A stretch of 64,000 nt of DNA, taken from Calditrichia bacterium (GTDB lineage Bacteria > Calditrichota > Calditrichia > JAJRVZ01). Below the pieces are notes generated by a model. It was not told the DNA's origin. It made no database searches and was given only the letters and a program-made list of their open reading frames with translations. Position 1 is the stretch's first letter; every line of letters begins with the position of its first letter. Position numbers and translations under genes: made by a program. The stretch lies in the NCBI GenBank assembly GCA_963712885.1, contig CAVQJT010000004.1, positions 80,108 through 144,107 of the forward strand, in the 5' to 3' direction. Positions 31,637 to 41,281 of the stretch are shown piece by piece.

Positions 31637-33721
31637 TCACTCATCGACTATCCCAAAGTTAATCAGTGGAAAGAGAATAAACTCTTCACCATTCTCCAAT
31701 TTTCTCGATCTAATTGCTTCTACCGTTAGAAGGAGTTTGATAAAATCAACATTGCGATTTGCCGTAATTACCCCTTGATCCAAATCGGTTGGATTTTTTC
31801 TGATTTCCTGTTTGAGATTATATAATTCCCGATTTAGCCCCTCATAATCATAACTTCCAATTGAATCTCTTTTTATTTCGGTATAAACTAGATTCAAACT
31901 TGAATCAACCGTATCACTAACCATTATACTATTGAAAGAAATATAAAACCCCTCGGAGGTAATCCCAACCACAAGTCCCAAATTTTTTTCAGGATTTGGG
32001 TATTCATCTGTTCGCGGTATTGCTATAGGAACGATCAGATTGGTTGGATCCAAAGTAGTCATTCTGATGTTATATATATTTGATTTTATTATTGTATAAA
32101 CAATTCTAAAAAACAAATTGTATTTAAGATTACTATCACCCCTCAAAATGACCTCAATAAATCTAATCGTTTCATTAGATAATAGTTCGTCTACTTTTAA
32201 TATCTCATTTGCCAAAAACGTCTCGAGTTCTGGAATTATAATCTGAGATTGATCCGCCAAAAGTGGAACAGAATAAGCAATTAATTTTGAATTACATCTT
32301 ATCCCGGTATTTGTGACTTCAATATCAATCGTTTTTCTTCCTATCGTCTTGTAAACAATCAAGGGCAAATCAGTATTTAGAATTTTCTCTATATCTCCAG
32401 AAACATTCTCACTCTGAGCAGATTCGATACTCCCTGTTTTAATATTTATAATTTTCAGTGAAATTGAATATTTGTCTGCACCCATCTTAACAATACTGGT
32501 TTTCATTAGTCGGTCTATTTTATTGTTCATTTTGTTTTCTATAATATCCTGCTCATCACGAATCACGATGCCAGCTGAAAGATATAGATTTTTAATCTCA
32601 TTCATCTCAAGAACTCTATACACGCCAGTTTCAACAAGGGTTTTTATTAATCGGTCCTTTATTATTTTTCTCAACTCCGGAGTAATAGATTCTTCAGAGG
32701 CTACATTCCAGACACCAAGTGATTCTCTTGTTTGTATAAATTCATCTACCTTGATATTTACATCTGGGGTGAGCATATTCTTGAAATCATCATACCAAAG
32801 TAGTGCAACGCTTGCCGTTAAAAGAAGTAGAAATATGATCAGAATCGGACGCTTGGTTATAATTTGGGTAATTATGTTCCACTTATTGCGAGATGAGATA
32901 TGTTGAAAATTATACGCAATTTTTTGCAATTCAATTATAAGATCATCAACATTTTTGTACCGATCATTTGCCTTTTTCTCTAGACATCTGTTAAGAACGT
33001 TGCCTAACTCGACGGGTATATCTTTTTGGTGATTCATCAAATTTTCTGGCTGTGCATTTAAAATAGAATAAGATACAGCATGATGATATTCTGCCTCGAA
33101 CGGCACTTTCCCACTCAGCAATTCATATAACACCACCCCAAATGACCAGATGTCGCATCGGTGATCCACTTCTTCACCACGAATTTGTTCAGGCGACATG
33201 TATTGTATCGTGCCGAGAGTCGTTGTCTCAGCAGTTAATTTTATCACCCCCTTTAATTTGGCTATTCCAAAATCAACTATTTTAATCCGCTCATCATCGT
33301 CAATCAGGATATTCTCTGGTTTTATATCCCGATGTACAATTCCTGCCTGATGCGCTTTAGACAGTCCCTGACAGATTTGAGTAATTATATTCTCTAATCT
33401 TGCATGAGATAGAGGAAGTTCATTCGTTATTATTTCTCGTAGTGATTTTCCTTTAATATACTCCATCACAATGAAAGCATGATCTTTAAGGATTTGAACC
33501 TCATAAATGGTTACAATGTTTGGATGATTGAGTGCTGCTGCCGCTTTTGCTTCTCTTTCGAACCGTTCTATGGTGTCTTTATCTCTTGATAGTTGGGGAG
33601 ATAATAATTTAATTGCAACATTGCGTTCCAATTTAAGGTCTTGAGCGAGATAGACGATACCCATCCCGCCCTCACCAAGTTTATCGGTGATTTTGTAATG
33701 AGATACTGTTTTTCCGATCAT
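31637..33721 (-). CDS. Hanks-type Ser/Thr protein kinase, one TM helix, ~390-aa C-terminal domain of unknown type
   Basis: 694 aa. GEGGMGIVYLA, HRDIKPENILID, DFGIAK, GTIQYMSPEQ. TM segment PILIIFLLLLTASVALLWY. No motif recognised in the C-terminal part. Confidence 0.85.
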   Translation of the reverse strand: MIGKTVSHYKITDKLGEGGMGIVYLAQDLKLERNVAIKLLSPQLSRDKDTIERFEREAKAAAALNHPNIVTIYEVQILKDHAFIVMEYIKGKSLREIITNELPLSHARLENIITQICQGLSKAHQAGIVHRDIKPENILIDDDERIKIVDFGIAKLKGVIKLTAETTTLGTIQYMSPEQIRGEEVDHRCDIWSFGVVLYELLSGKVPFEAEYHHAVSYSILNAQPENLMNHQKDIPVELGNVLNRCLEKKANDRYKNVDDLIIELQKIAYNFQHISSRNKWNIITQIITKRPILIIFLLLLTASVALLWYDDFKNMLTPDVNIKVDEFIQTRESLGVWNVASEESITPELRKIIKDRLIKTLVETGVYRVLEMNEIKNLYLSAGIVIRDEQDIIENKMNNKIDRLMKTSIVKMGADKYSISLKIINIKTGSIESAQSENVSGDIEKILNTDLPLIVYKTIGRKTIDIEVTNTGIRCNSKLIAYSVPLLADQSQIIIPELETFLANEILKVDELLSNETIRFIEVILRGDSNLKYNLFFRIVYTIIKSNIYNIRMTTLDPTNLIVPIAIPRTDEYPNPEKNLGLVVGITSEGFYISFNSIMVSDTVDSSLNLVYTEIKRDSIGSYDYEGLNRELYNLKQEIRKNPTDLDQGVITANRNVDFIKLLLTVEAIRSRKLENGEEFILFPLINFGIVDE

Positions 33722-33995
33722 AAATTTTGTTTTATCTAATAAATAGCTAACAATTCGTTGGGAAATTTCACTTACGATATCTTTTGATTCTTAGCAATAT
33801 ATTAAAGATGTTGTTTTAAAAATTATCGATGAGCGAACGAAATGGCAAGGGAAATTTTTGGTGCTTCGATTTATCAATAGATTGCATAACTAAAAGTGTA
33901 TTTAATCCTTCTCCCATCAACCAATGAGACTTCTACCAATAGGTTTGATAAAATGAAAGATGAAGTTGTTGACGAGCCTCCCGTAAATTATTCTT

Positions 33996-34758
33996 TTATT
34001 GAGAATTAAGTATTTCATACATCATGTTAATAATTCTTTCTAACTCCATCGGCACACCGGTTCGCAACGCCGTCAGTAACTCCTGAGAATCATTCATAAT
34101 TGAATAGATCACTGCTGATTCGTAATCGCCTTTAAAGGGCAGTCTGCCCCGATAACATTTCATAAATAACGACACCCAATGACCAAATGTCGGTCCGGTA
34201 ATCAACCGTTTCGCCTTTTGTCTGTTCCGGTGACATGTATGATATGGTGCCCAGGCTTGTCGAATCTTTGGTGAGTTTTGTTTGGGTTGACAACTTGGCT
34301 AATCCAAAGTCAAGTATCTTTACAATACCGTCAGCAGTCAGCATGATATTAGCCGGTTTAATATCTCTGTGAACAATCTCTTTTTCGTGTGCTTTGGCAA
34401 GACCGTGCGCTATCTGGATGGCAATGTCGATGGTTTCTTCGATCGATAATGGTTTATCTTTAATTCTTTTATTTAACGTCTTGCCTTCGTAGTAATCCAT
34501 ACAGATAAAAATCTGAGCATCATCCGTTTCGTCTATCTCGTGAATGGCGCATATGTTATTATGCTGAAGAGCAGAAGCCGCTTTTGCTTCATGAATGAAA
34601 CGTTGTTTTTCATCATCATTAGCGGTGAGATGTGGTGGCAGGAATTTAAGGGCGACAAAACGATCGAGTTTGAGGTCCTGGGCTTTGTAGACGACGCCCA
34701 GGCCTCCGCCGCCAATCTTTTCTAAGATTTTATAGTGTGAGATTGTTTGTCCAATCAT
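33996..34758 (-). pseudogene. Truncated Ser/Thr kinase paralog (kinase domain only), frame interrupted by one extra base at 34143
   Basis: The 208-aa ORF ends ...IYEMLSGQTAL*. Deleting T34143 (CAGTCTG -> CAGCTG on the + strand) continues ...LSGQLPFKGDYESAVIYSIMNDSQELLTALRTGVPMELERIINMMYEILNSQ*. It still stops within kinase subdomain XI and has no TM or C-terminal domain. Confidence 0.65.
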
Positions 34759-34769
34759 GTACCCGCCAT

Positions 34770-37529
34770 TTATTTCAGTTTAGCCAGTAGTTTTTTTCCA
34801 TCGATCAATTCTGGCAGATCTTTATCGGCATCTTTCCAGAGGTTCAGAAATTTTTCAACATGATATTTAGCTTTGACAAAATTTTTCTTTTTTTCATACA
34901 CCTTACCGAGTTGATAATGAGCCAGGGCGAAATTAGGATTATATTCAAGTGCCTGCTGCAGGCAATTTTCAGCGCCGTCAAATCTTTCGATGGTTGGTTC
35001 CATAAGTAACTCACCGAAGGACATATTAAAAAAAGCAAGATCGAATGCTGAGCCCCAATCGGCAACTTTAATATTAATCGGTCCATCAAATAGTTCTATA
35101 ATATTTATCAGGTCTGCTCTGTTCCCATTTCTTGCTGACCAACATGCCTTTAAATGATGATAATACTTGAAAATTTCTCTCCGATAATTAGTGGAGTTGA
35201 TTTTGTTCTCTTTAATGATTATTTCCATTTGGGACACTTCTTCTTGAAACTTGTTAAGGTTATTTAAATTTAAATAAATCCTTGCCAGCAGCCAGTGCAG
35301 CTCATGATTACGGCTAAATACATCACTGGCATCATAGGTCTGCAAGGCAAGTCGACAAAAGTATAAGGCAGAATCGAGTTCATTTTTACAAAATTTAGCC
35401 ATACCCTTAAAGAAAAGTCCTCTGGCTCTGGTATCGGGGCTATAAGTATAATAGATGTATTTGTTTGCAGCGGATATTGCTTCATTAATCTTCCCCTGCC
35501 TAATTCTTATCTCAAATAAATTCCAATATAATAAGGAATACGTAGAATCTAATTTTATTGCATTATCCAATGCCCACTGTGCACTATCCAATAGACCCGC
35601 AGCCATATATCCCTCGCCTATACTATCATATGCATTCGCTGTACTATCAAGTTCTAAATAAATATGAAAATGTTTAATCGCTTCTTGGTGATCTCCGCGA
35701 TGACTGTAACAATACGCTAGATGATTGTGAGCTAAGGCATAATTATGATCCAGATTTAGAGCTATTTTATAGTATTTAATTGCATTATTAATGTCGCTGA
35801 CTCGAAAATAAGCTTCTGCTACCTCATATGCCGTCTCTTTTCGCGAAGGAAATCGAGAGTAAATTTTCCGTAGTATCGAAATTTCAGTAGGAACATTGTC
35901 AGATACTCGGGCTGAAAGTGCCTCTGCTGTTAATGAATCGATTTCACTCAGCATATTAAGAGAAGGACGAATCGAATTGATCAATTCATTTGCAGAAACA
36001 TTATTAACTTCAAATGAAAGCACAAAAGCCAACCTTAGTTTGGCCAATATAAAATTAGGGTCTATATCAAGTGCATTTTGATATAATTGCTTTGCATTTG
36101 ATATATCGAGTTTTTGCCGAGCTAATTCACCATCATAGAAGCTTACAAAGGCATCCCATAACATTGTAAAAGTTGTTTTTTTCTTCTCTCTACCTAAAAT
36201 TTGTTGCGAAATTTCAGGAATTACCCGAATCAATAAATTAGATTCATCATAAATTTTATATGGAATATAATGGACATCATTGAATAAATTGAACGGTAGT
36301 CCTTTCCTCGGTTTATTTATTGATACTCTAAGAATAAATCCAGGATCTTGAGTAGTGATATCTCCCTCGATAAACATTTCTGGAATGTTATTTGGGTACA
36401 ACAGGTTAAATTCTTTTCGGCTCAATATCTTATTTTTATTGCTCGATTGCAGTAAGTTATCGGTTAGCAAATACTCAATCATTTTCTTCAATAGTACATC
36501 TTTTTCCGACGTATTATTAATTGTAATCTCATCTATTACAATCATATTCTCCTTTATTAAAGGCCGGCCGAAGAGGAAAACGAAAATAAGCGAAAGAATA
36601 ACAACCAAAATCCCCGCACTAAAAATTTTCACCCTGTTTTTTTTAAATTTATTTCTGAAAACTCTTCTTAAATCACTTTTGTTTTGATCTGCAAGAACGG
36701 ATACATTCTCAAAAGATCCTGATTGAAAATGTTCTAAATCACTTCGCAACTGTTTTGCAGATTTATATCTGTACTGGGGATCTTTTGTGAGTGCTTTGCC
36801 GATTATACGTGATAAAACATCATTTACTTCAGGCCGGATTTCAGACAAAGGAGCTGGATCTTCGCTCAATACGGCATAGATTACAGCCGCCTGGTAATCC
36901 CCTCGGAATGGCAATTTTCCACTCAGCATTTCATAAAGGATGACCCCTAATGACCAAATATCAGATCGTTGATCAAGTTTTTCAGCACATATTTGCTGGG
37001 GTGACATGTAGGCTGTGGTTCCAATGGAAGAGGTTTTATGCGTTATTTCTGCTTGTCCCGTTGCTTTTGCCAGACCAAAATCAATAATTTTTACTCTATT
37101 TTCCGGAGAAATAATAATATTGGCCGGTTTGAGATCACGGTGTATGACCCCGATTTTAGATGCGCTCTCCAATCCTTCCGCGATTTGAATGGCAATGTTG
37201 ACAGCCGTCTTTATCGAAAGGAGGCCTTCGGCGAGTTTTTTCTGCAGCGTCTCACCTTCACAATACGCCATGACGATAAAGATTTGCCCTTCATGCGTTG
37301 TATCAATTTCATGAATGGTACAAATATTGGGATGATCCAGTGCTGAAGCCATCTTGGCTTCCCGGAAAAAACGTTTTTTTGCTTCAGCATCTAAATTTAG
37401 TTCAGCTGGCAAGAATTTAAGTACAATGGTACGATCGAGTTTGAGATCCCTGGCTTTGTATACGATACCCATGCCCCCGCCACCGATTTTCTCTATGATC
37501 TTGTAGTGAGAAATGGTTTTACCGAGCAT
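34770..37529 (-). CDS. Hanks-type Ser/Thr protein kinase with TM helix and C-terminal TPR repeats
   Basis: 919 aa. GGGGMGIVYKA, HRDLKPANIII, DFGLAK. TM segment ILVVILSLIFVFLF. Multiple TPR-like A..Y....L..DP.. repeats. Confidence 0.85.
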   Translation of the reverse strand: MLGKTISHYKIIEKIGGGGMGIVYKARDLKLDRTIVLKFLPAELNLDAEAKKRFFREAKMASALDHPNICTIHEIDTTHEGQIFIVMAYCEGETLQKKLAEGLLSIKTAVNIAIQIAEGLESASKIGVIHRDLKPANIIISPENRVKIIDFGLAKATGQAEITHKTSSIGTTAYMSPQQICAEKLDQRSDIWSLGVILYEMLSGKLPFRGDYQAAVIYAVLSEDPAPLSEIRPEVNDVLSRIIGKALTKDPQYRYKSAKQLRSDLEHFQSGSFENVSVLADQNKSDLRRVFRNKFKKNRVKIFSAGILVVILSLIFVFLFGRPLIKENMIVIDEITINNTSEKDVLLKKMIEYLLTDNLLQSSNKNKILSRKEFNLLYPNNIPEMFIEGDITTQDPGFILRVSINKPRKGLPFNLFNDVHYIPYKIYDESNLLIRVIPEISQQILGREKKKTTFTMLWDAFVSFYDGELARQKLDISNAKQLYQNALDIDPNFILAKLRLAFVLSFEVNNVSANELINSIRPSLNMLSEIDSLTAEALSARVSDNVPTEISILRKIYSRFPSRKETAYEVAEAYFRVSDINNAIKYYKIALNLDHNYALAHNHLAYCYSHRGDHQEAIKHFHIYLELDSTANAYDSIGEGYMAAGLLDSAQWALDNAIKLDSTYSLLYWNLFEIRIRQGKINEAISAANKYIYYTYSPDTRARGLFFKGMAKFCKNELDSALYFCRLALQTYDASDVFSRNHELHWLLARIYLNLNNLNKFQEEVSQMEIIIKENKINSTNYRREIFKYYHHLKACWSARNGNRADLINIIELFDGPINIKVADWGSAFDLAFFNMSFGELLMEPTIERFDGAENCLQQALEYNPNFALAHYQLGKVYEKKKNFVKAKYHVEKFLNLWKDADKDLPELIDGKKLLAKLK

Positions 37530-38146
37530 ATTTAGTGTCCTGTGGAATTTTACGTTTCAATTCTTCAAACCAATTGGTTTTTAGAAAAGTAAATCAAGTG
37601 AATATATCTATTGATAGAAAATTATTGATTACACAATTCTGTAGTCAGCCTGATGTCTGTAGAATAAAGAAAAAACGAGTTCAGAGTAGAATGGATAATT
37701 TAAAGTAGTGATACTTATGTGGAATTACAATAAATTACTTATTTCACAAAAACTTATTATTTTATTTCGCTTCTTGTAATTTCTGTGATTACTTTCAAAG
37801 TTACTACATAATAGTCAAAATGAGTGTTAGTTTGCCGTCTTCACTTTCCCCTAATTTAAATACCATAGATCATGGATGTTAAGCATGTTAGAGCGGGTAA
37901 TATATAAGTCAGATAATGGTATGGAATTCTAATTCACCACATAGGAATCATTCATATATCCCGGGTCTGACTTATTCTTTCACTGGAGCAAAATAACTGT
38001 AGAATTCTATTTATGTTATATATTATCAATATGTTATGAACATTGTATTAAATTATTGATGATAGAACTAGAACATTATCAATAAGGGAAATCAGAAAAC
38101 ATACTAATTGTATTTATTTGGATAAATTTGTTGCTCATATGAGCTG

Positions 38147-38365
38147 TTGCTTGTGGAGAAATTTATTGAGGCCATCGAAGTTTTTCAGTTAAATGTGGAG
38201 CACTTTCCGGAATCATTCAATGTCTATGACAGTCTTGGTGAAGCATGTATGAAAAACGGAGATACTGAAAAAGCGATCGTCCATTATCAGCAATCACTTG
38301 CCCTTAATCCGGAAAATAACAATGCGAAAGAAATGTTAACAAAACTGATCGGCAACAATAAATGA
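38147..38365 (+). pseudogene. Orphan TPR fragment (C-terminal remnant)
   Basis: 72-aa ORF with two TPR-like units (...AIEVFQLNVEHFPESFNVYDSLGEACMKNGDTEKAIVHYQQSLALNPENNNAKEML). There is no plausible N-terminal part upstream, where the DNA is AT-rich and stop-rich. Confidence 0.4.
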
Positions 38366-38698
38366 GTGCGCAGGTCAGGGGATAACACAAGGGAAATATT
38401 TTTTTCCGGTGGATGTGGCTTATCATATATGGGCTTAGCAATGAAGGAAAGCAGATATTCATCAGACGTATAAGACATCGCCAGAATGTTTATATCCGGT
38501 TTATTGAATTATGGTTTTGGGAACTTCCCATACTCAGTCAAAATACCCGACGCCAAATAGGTATTATTGATTTCAATGACGATATGATTTTATGTATAAA
38601 TATAAAGAGCAATCCAAAATAGAATTTTATAATGGTTGATATCTTTAATATCAGGTATTACATTTACATGTAATACATTTTAATGACAGGGATTAGCA

Positions 38699-38917
38699 AT
38701 GAAACTAACCGTTAAGGGACAGGTCACCATTCCAAAGCATGTGCGTGATAGGCTGGGGATCCATGCTCACAGCGAAATAGAATTTATTGAAGAGGATGGT
38801 AGAGTATATATTGTCAGGAAAAAATCAAGGAAAAGCAACCAAAAATTCAGGAAATATCGGGGTGTTGCAAAAATCAAAATGACAACAGAAGAAATAATGA
38901 AACTCACCAGAGAATAG
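38699..38917 (+). CDS. vapB: AbrB/MazE/SpoVT-type antitoxin (VapB-like)
   Basis: 72 aa. MKLTVKGQVTIPKHVRDRLGI swapped-hairpin motif. It lies 1 nt upstream of the PIN gene. Confidence 0.8.
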   Translation: MKLTVKGQVTIPKHVRDRLGIHAHSEIEFIEEDGRVYIVRKKSRKSNQKFRKYRGVAKIKMTTEEIMKLTRE

Positions 38918-38918
38918 T

Positions 38919-39323
38919 ATGCATGGAATACTTCTCGATTCAAATATATTATTAGATGTTTTTTTAGATGATCCGAATTGGGCAGACTGGTCCGAAAAAA
39001 AGTTGGATGAATTGTCACAGAACTATCCGCTCTTTATAAATTTAATGGTTTATACAGAAATATCTATCGGATTTGAATATATTGAAACATTAGAAAGTAC
39101 GTTGAAAGATTGTAACATAAAAATGTTACCAATCCCTAAGGAGGCATTGTTTTTGGCCGGGAAAGTTTTTTTAAATTATCGAAAGCAATCCGGGAAAAAG
39201 ACATCGCCCCTACCAGATTTTTATATAGGAGCACAGGCAGCTGTACTTGAATTGCCAATTTTGACCAGGAACACTTCGAGATATTATTCTTATTTTCCGA
39301 CAGTCGAGCTGGTTTGTCCATAA
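38919..39323 (+). CDS. vapC: PIN-domain toxin (VapC-like)
   Basis: 134 aa. N-terminal LLDSNILLDVF acidic motif and PIN-like size. Paired with the AbrB-type antitoxin. Confidence 0.75.
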   Translation: MHGILLDSNILLDVFLDDPNWADWSEKKLDELSQNYPLFINLMVYTEISIGFEYIETLESTLKDCNIKMLPIPKEALFLAGKVFLNYRKQSGKKTSPLPDFYIGAQAAVLELPILTRNTSRYYSYFPTVELVCP

Positions 39324-39412
39324 CCAGGACTTATGATTCTTTGATATTCGTATTACTTTATATAGTACCTAGCGCCAAATAGGTGCGATTATTCCTATCA
39401 TCTCCATAAAAT

Positions 39413-39445
39413 AAAAAAGCCCGGATTGCCGGGCTATTTTATTTA
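39413..39445. terminator. Bidirectional intrinsic terminator between convergent vapC and hicB
   Basis: AAAAAAGCCCGGATTGCCGGGCTATTTTATTT: GC stem GCCCGG/CCGGGC flanked by an A-run and a T-run. Confidence 0.7.
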
Positions 39446-39471
39446 CTCGATAATTATGCATACATAAGTTT

Positions 39472-39663
39472 TCATTTTGGCCTTGGTACATCTCTACCCA
39501 ATTCCACGGCAGTCTCGATCCACTCATTAATTATTATTTCAGCATTTGCCAGCGCGTCCTGATAGCTTTTACCGTCAGCCAGGCAGCCTGGTAGTTCAGG
39601 TACCTCTGCAATATATGAATCGTCTTCTTCGCTCCAATAAATAATTATTTCGTATTTACGCAT
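39472..39663 (-). CDS. hicB: HicB-family antitoxin (short form)
   Basis: 63 aa. YWSEEDDSYIAEVPELPGCLADGKSYQDALANAEIIINEWIE is the classic HicB N-terminal domain. Confidence 0.8.
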   Translation of the reverse strand: MRKYEIIIYWSEEDDSYIAEVPELPGCLADGKSYQDALANAEIIINEWIETAVELGRDVPRPK

Positions 39664-39915
39664 TTAATAAGTCCCTGAGTTCATATTTCAATATCAAATG
39701 CCCGATATGTTTAACCTGATATGGTTTTAAATTTTGCCTTTTGGTTGAAGATTTACAATCTATCAAATGCCTTCCTTTGTAAAAATGTGATGACCGCACT
39801 TTATTCGTGCTTCAAAACCCAAAGACCTCATTAGGTTTACCAGCTCTTTCAACAGGATATTTGCATCCGATGTTCCCTGTAGAATCTTAATGAATATCTT
39901 TTCTTGATTCGACAT
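39655..39915 (-). pseudogene. hicA: HicA-family toxin, inactivated (two in-frame stops plus a frameshift)
   Basis: The reverse strand from ATG 39915 reads MSNQEKIFIKILQGTSDANILLKELVNLMRSLGFEARIKCGHHIFTKEGI-TGA-TAG-IVNLQPKGK. The remainder, ...NLKPYQVKHIGHLILKYELRDLLNA*, is readable only in another frame. Its stop overlaps the hicB start. Confidence 0.65.
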
Positions 39916-39984
39916 CTTGTGTTATAATCTAAAAATAGCAGTCTTGTATTAAATAAATTTTTTATTTACATCAATAAGTCATGC

Positions 39985-40252
39985 GTGTCCGGTTAGAAGA
40001 GGTTACGGAACATCTTAATCTAAATATAAATATATTTTAACTGAGCTGTAAAAAGAAGGACTTGATCTGTAATACCTGGAAATGACCCACCCCTTAATCT
40101 GCGCCGATAGGCGGATCCGCCAGCTGGCGTGACCCTCCCTAATGTGATTAGGGAGGGAAAGGCCCGCTCTTTACGGGCCAGGGGAGGGTCAACTGATGCA
40201 CATGAAAAGATGAATTTATTAAAATACATTACGTTTATTTTAAACCGGACAC
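39985..40252. repeat. IR-bounded element with GC-rich multi-hairpin core
   Basis: 10-bp IR GTGTCCGGTT (39985-39994) / AACCGGACAC (40243-40252). The core 40083-40191 is closed by TGACCCACCCCT / AGGGGAGGGTCA and contains the hairpins CCCTCCCTAAT-GTG-ATTAGGGAGGG (40133-40157), GGCCCG..CGGGCC and the palindromes GGCGGATCCGCC / CGCCAGCTGGCG. The track ORF 40020..40256 is probably spurious. Confidence 0.55.
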
Positions 40253-40466
40253 TCATATCAATAAGTGTGAAATAAAGATGTGCCGGTTGAATAAAAATGA
40301 AGCCGAAAAATTCGTAAAAGTATGCGCCGATTTAATCTTAAATTAATACGCCGCTTAACCGTATAATTACAATATTGAAAATCATTCTGCCAGGAGCTTG
40401 ACAGATGCAAATCCATTGTGTATAATTATCCACATAAACATGTGGAATAAAAATGCAGGAAAAAAA

Positions 40467-40694
40467 ATGAAGACCATTCAAATGACGATTGATGAAAATC
40501 TGTTAAAAAATGTTGATAAAGCAAGAAAAAAATTAAAAACAAGCAGATCCGAATTTATTCGCCGCGCCATGCACAAATATTTAAATGAACTCAATACCAG
40601 AGATCTTGAAAAGATACATCGTGAGGGATATAAAAAATACCCGGTCAGGAAAGATGAATTTGATGTCTGGGAGAATGAACAGGCGTGGATATAA
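40467..40694 (+). CDS. Ribbon-helix-helix (CopG-type) antitoxin
   Basis: 75 aa from ATG 40467. MKTIQMTIDENLLKNVDKARKKLKTSRSEFIRRAMHKYL is an RHH motif. It sits directly upstream of mazF. Confidence 0.75.
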   Translation: MKTIQMTIDENLLKNVDKARKKLKTSRSEFIRRAMHKYLNELNTRDLEKIHREGYKKYPVRKDEFDVWENEQAWI

Positions 40695-40695
40695 A

Positions 40696-41013
40696 ATGGA
40701 AAGAGGAGAAATTCGCTGGTACAAATTTAAATCACCCGATAAAAAACGCCCTGTTGTTATATTAACAAGGAATTCAGCCATCAATTTTCTTGGAGAAATC
40801 ACTGTGGCTCCAATAACCTCTACAATAAGAGCTATCCCTACTGAAGTGATCCTGGATGAAAAGGATGGCATGAAAAATGTTTGTGCTGTTAATCTGGATC
40901 ATATTCAGACTGTCGCAAAATCACGTATTGGATCGTTTATAGTCAAATTATCCCCACTAAAAATGCTACGAATAAATACTGCTATTTCTTTTGCTCTGGA
41001 AATTAACAGGTAA
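40696..41013 (+). CDS. mazF: MazF/PemK-family toxin endoribonuclease
   Basis: 105 aa from ATG 40696. MERGEIRWYKFKSPDKKRPVVILTRNSAINFLGEITVAPITSTIR is the typical PemK/MazF N-terminus. Confidence 0.8.
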   Translation: MERGEIRWYKFKSPDKKRPVVILTRNSAINFLGEITVAPITSTIRAIPTEVILDEKDGMKNVCAVNLDHIQTVAKSRIGSFIVKLSPLKMLRINTAISFALEINR

Positions 41014-41281
41014 AAAAACCATAAAATATTATTTAAACTGTAAATAGTACCTACTTTGGGTTAAATACAACGAGCCGGTGATTGGACGGTTTGGTACGAA
41101 AGATCCTCATGGTAGCCAAAATTGCTATCATCATTCCCCAAAATCCATATTGAAACCCGTAGGAAAATTGATGCGGGTAGTATCAGAGATATATCAAAGC
41201 GAAATATTTTACATCCGGCAGTCTGTTACATGGGGGTAATTAACATGATGATGTACTCCTTTATGAATAAGATGTGTTCCG

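Noticed and set aside
40020-40256. 78-aa minus-strand ORF.
   Set aside because: It is composed almost entirely of the GC-rich hairpin element. The translation (…PPLARKERAFPSLITLGRVTPAGGSAYRRRLRGGS…) is typical of repeat read-through.
38551-41070. TA cassettes as part of an integron-like cassette array.
   Set aside because: No intI gene is present, and I could not identify attC-type imperfect palindromes with RYYYAAC/GTTRRRY ends. Only a 12-nt direct repeat flanks vapBC.
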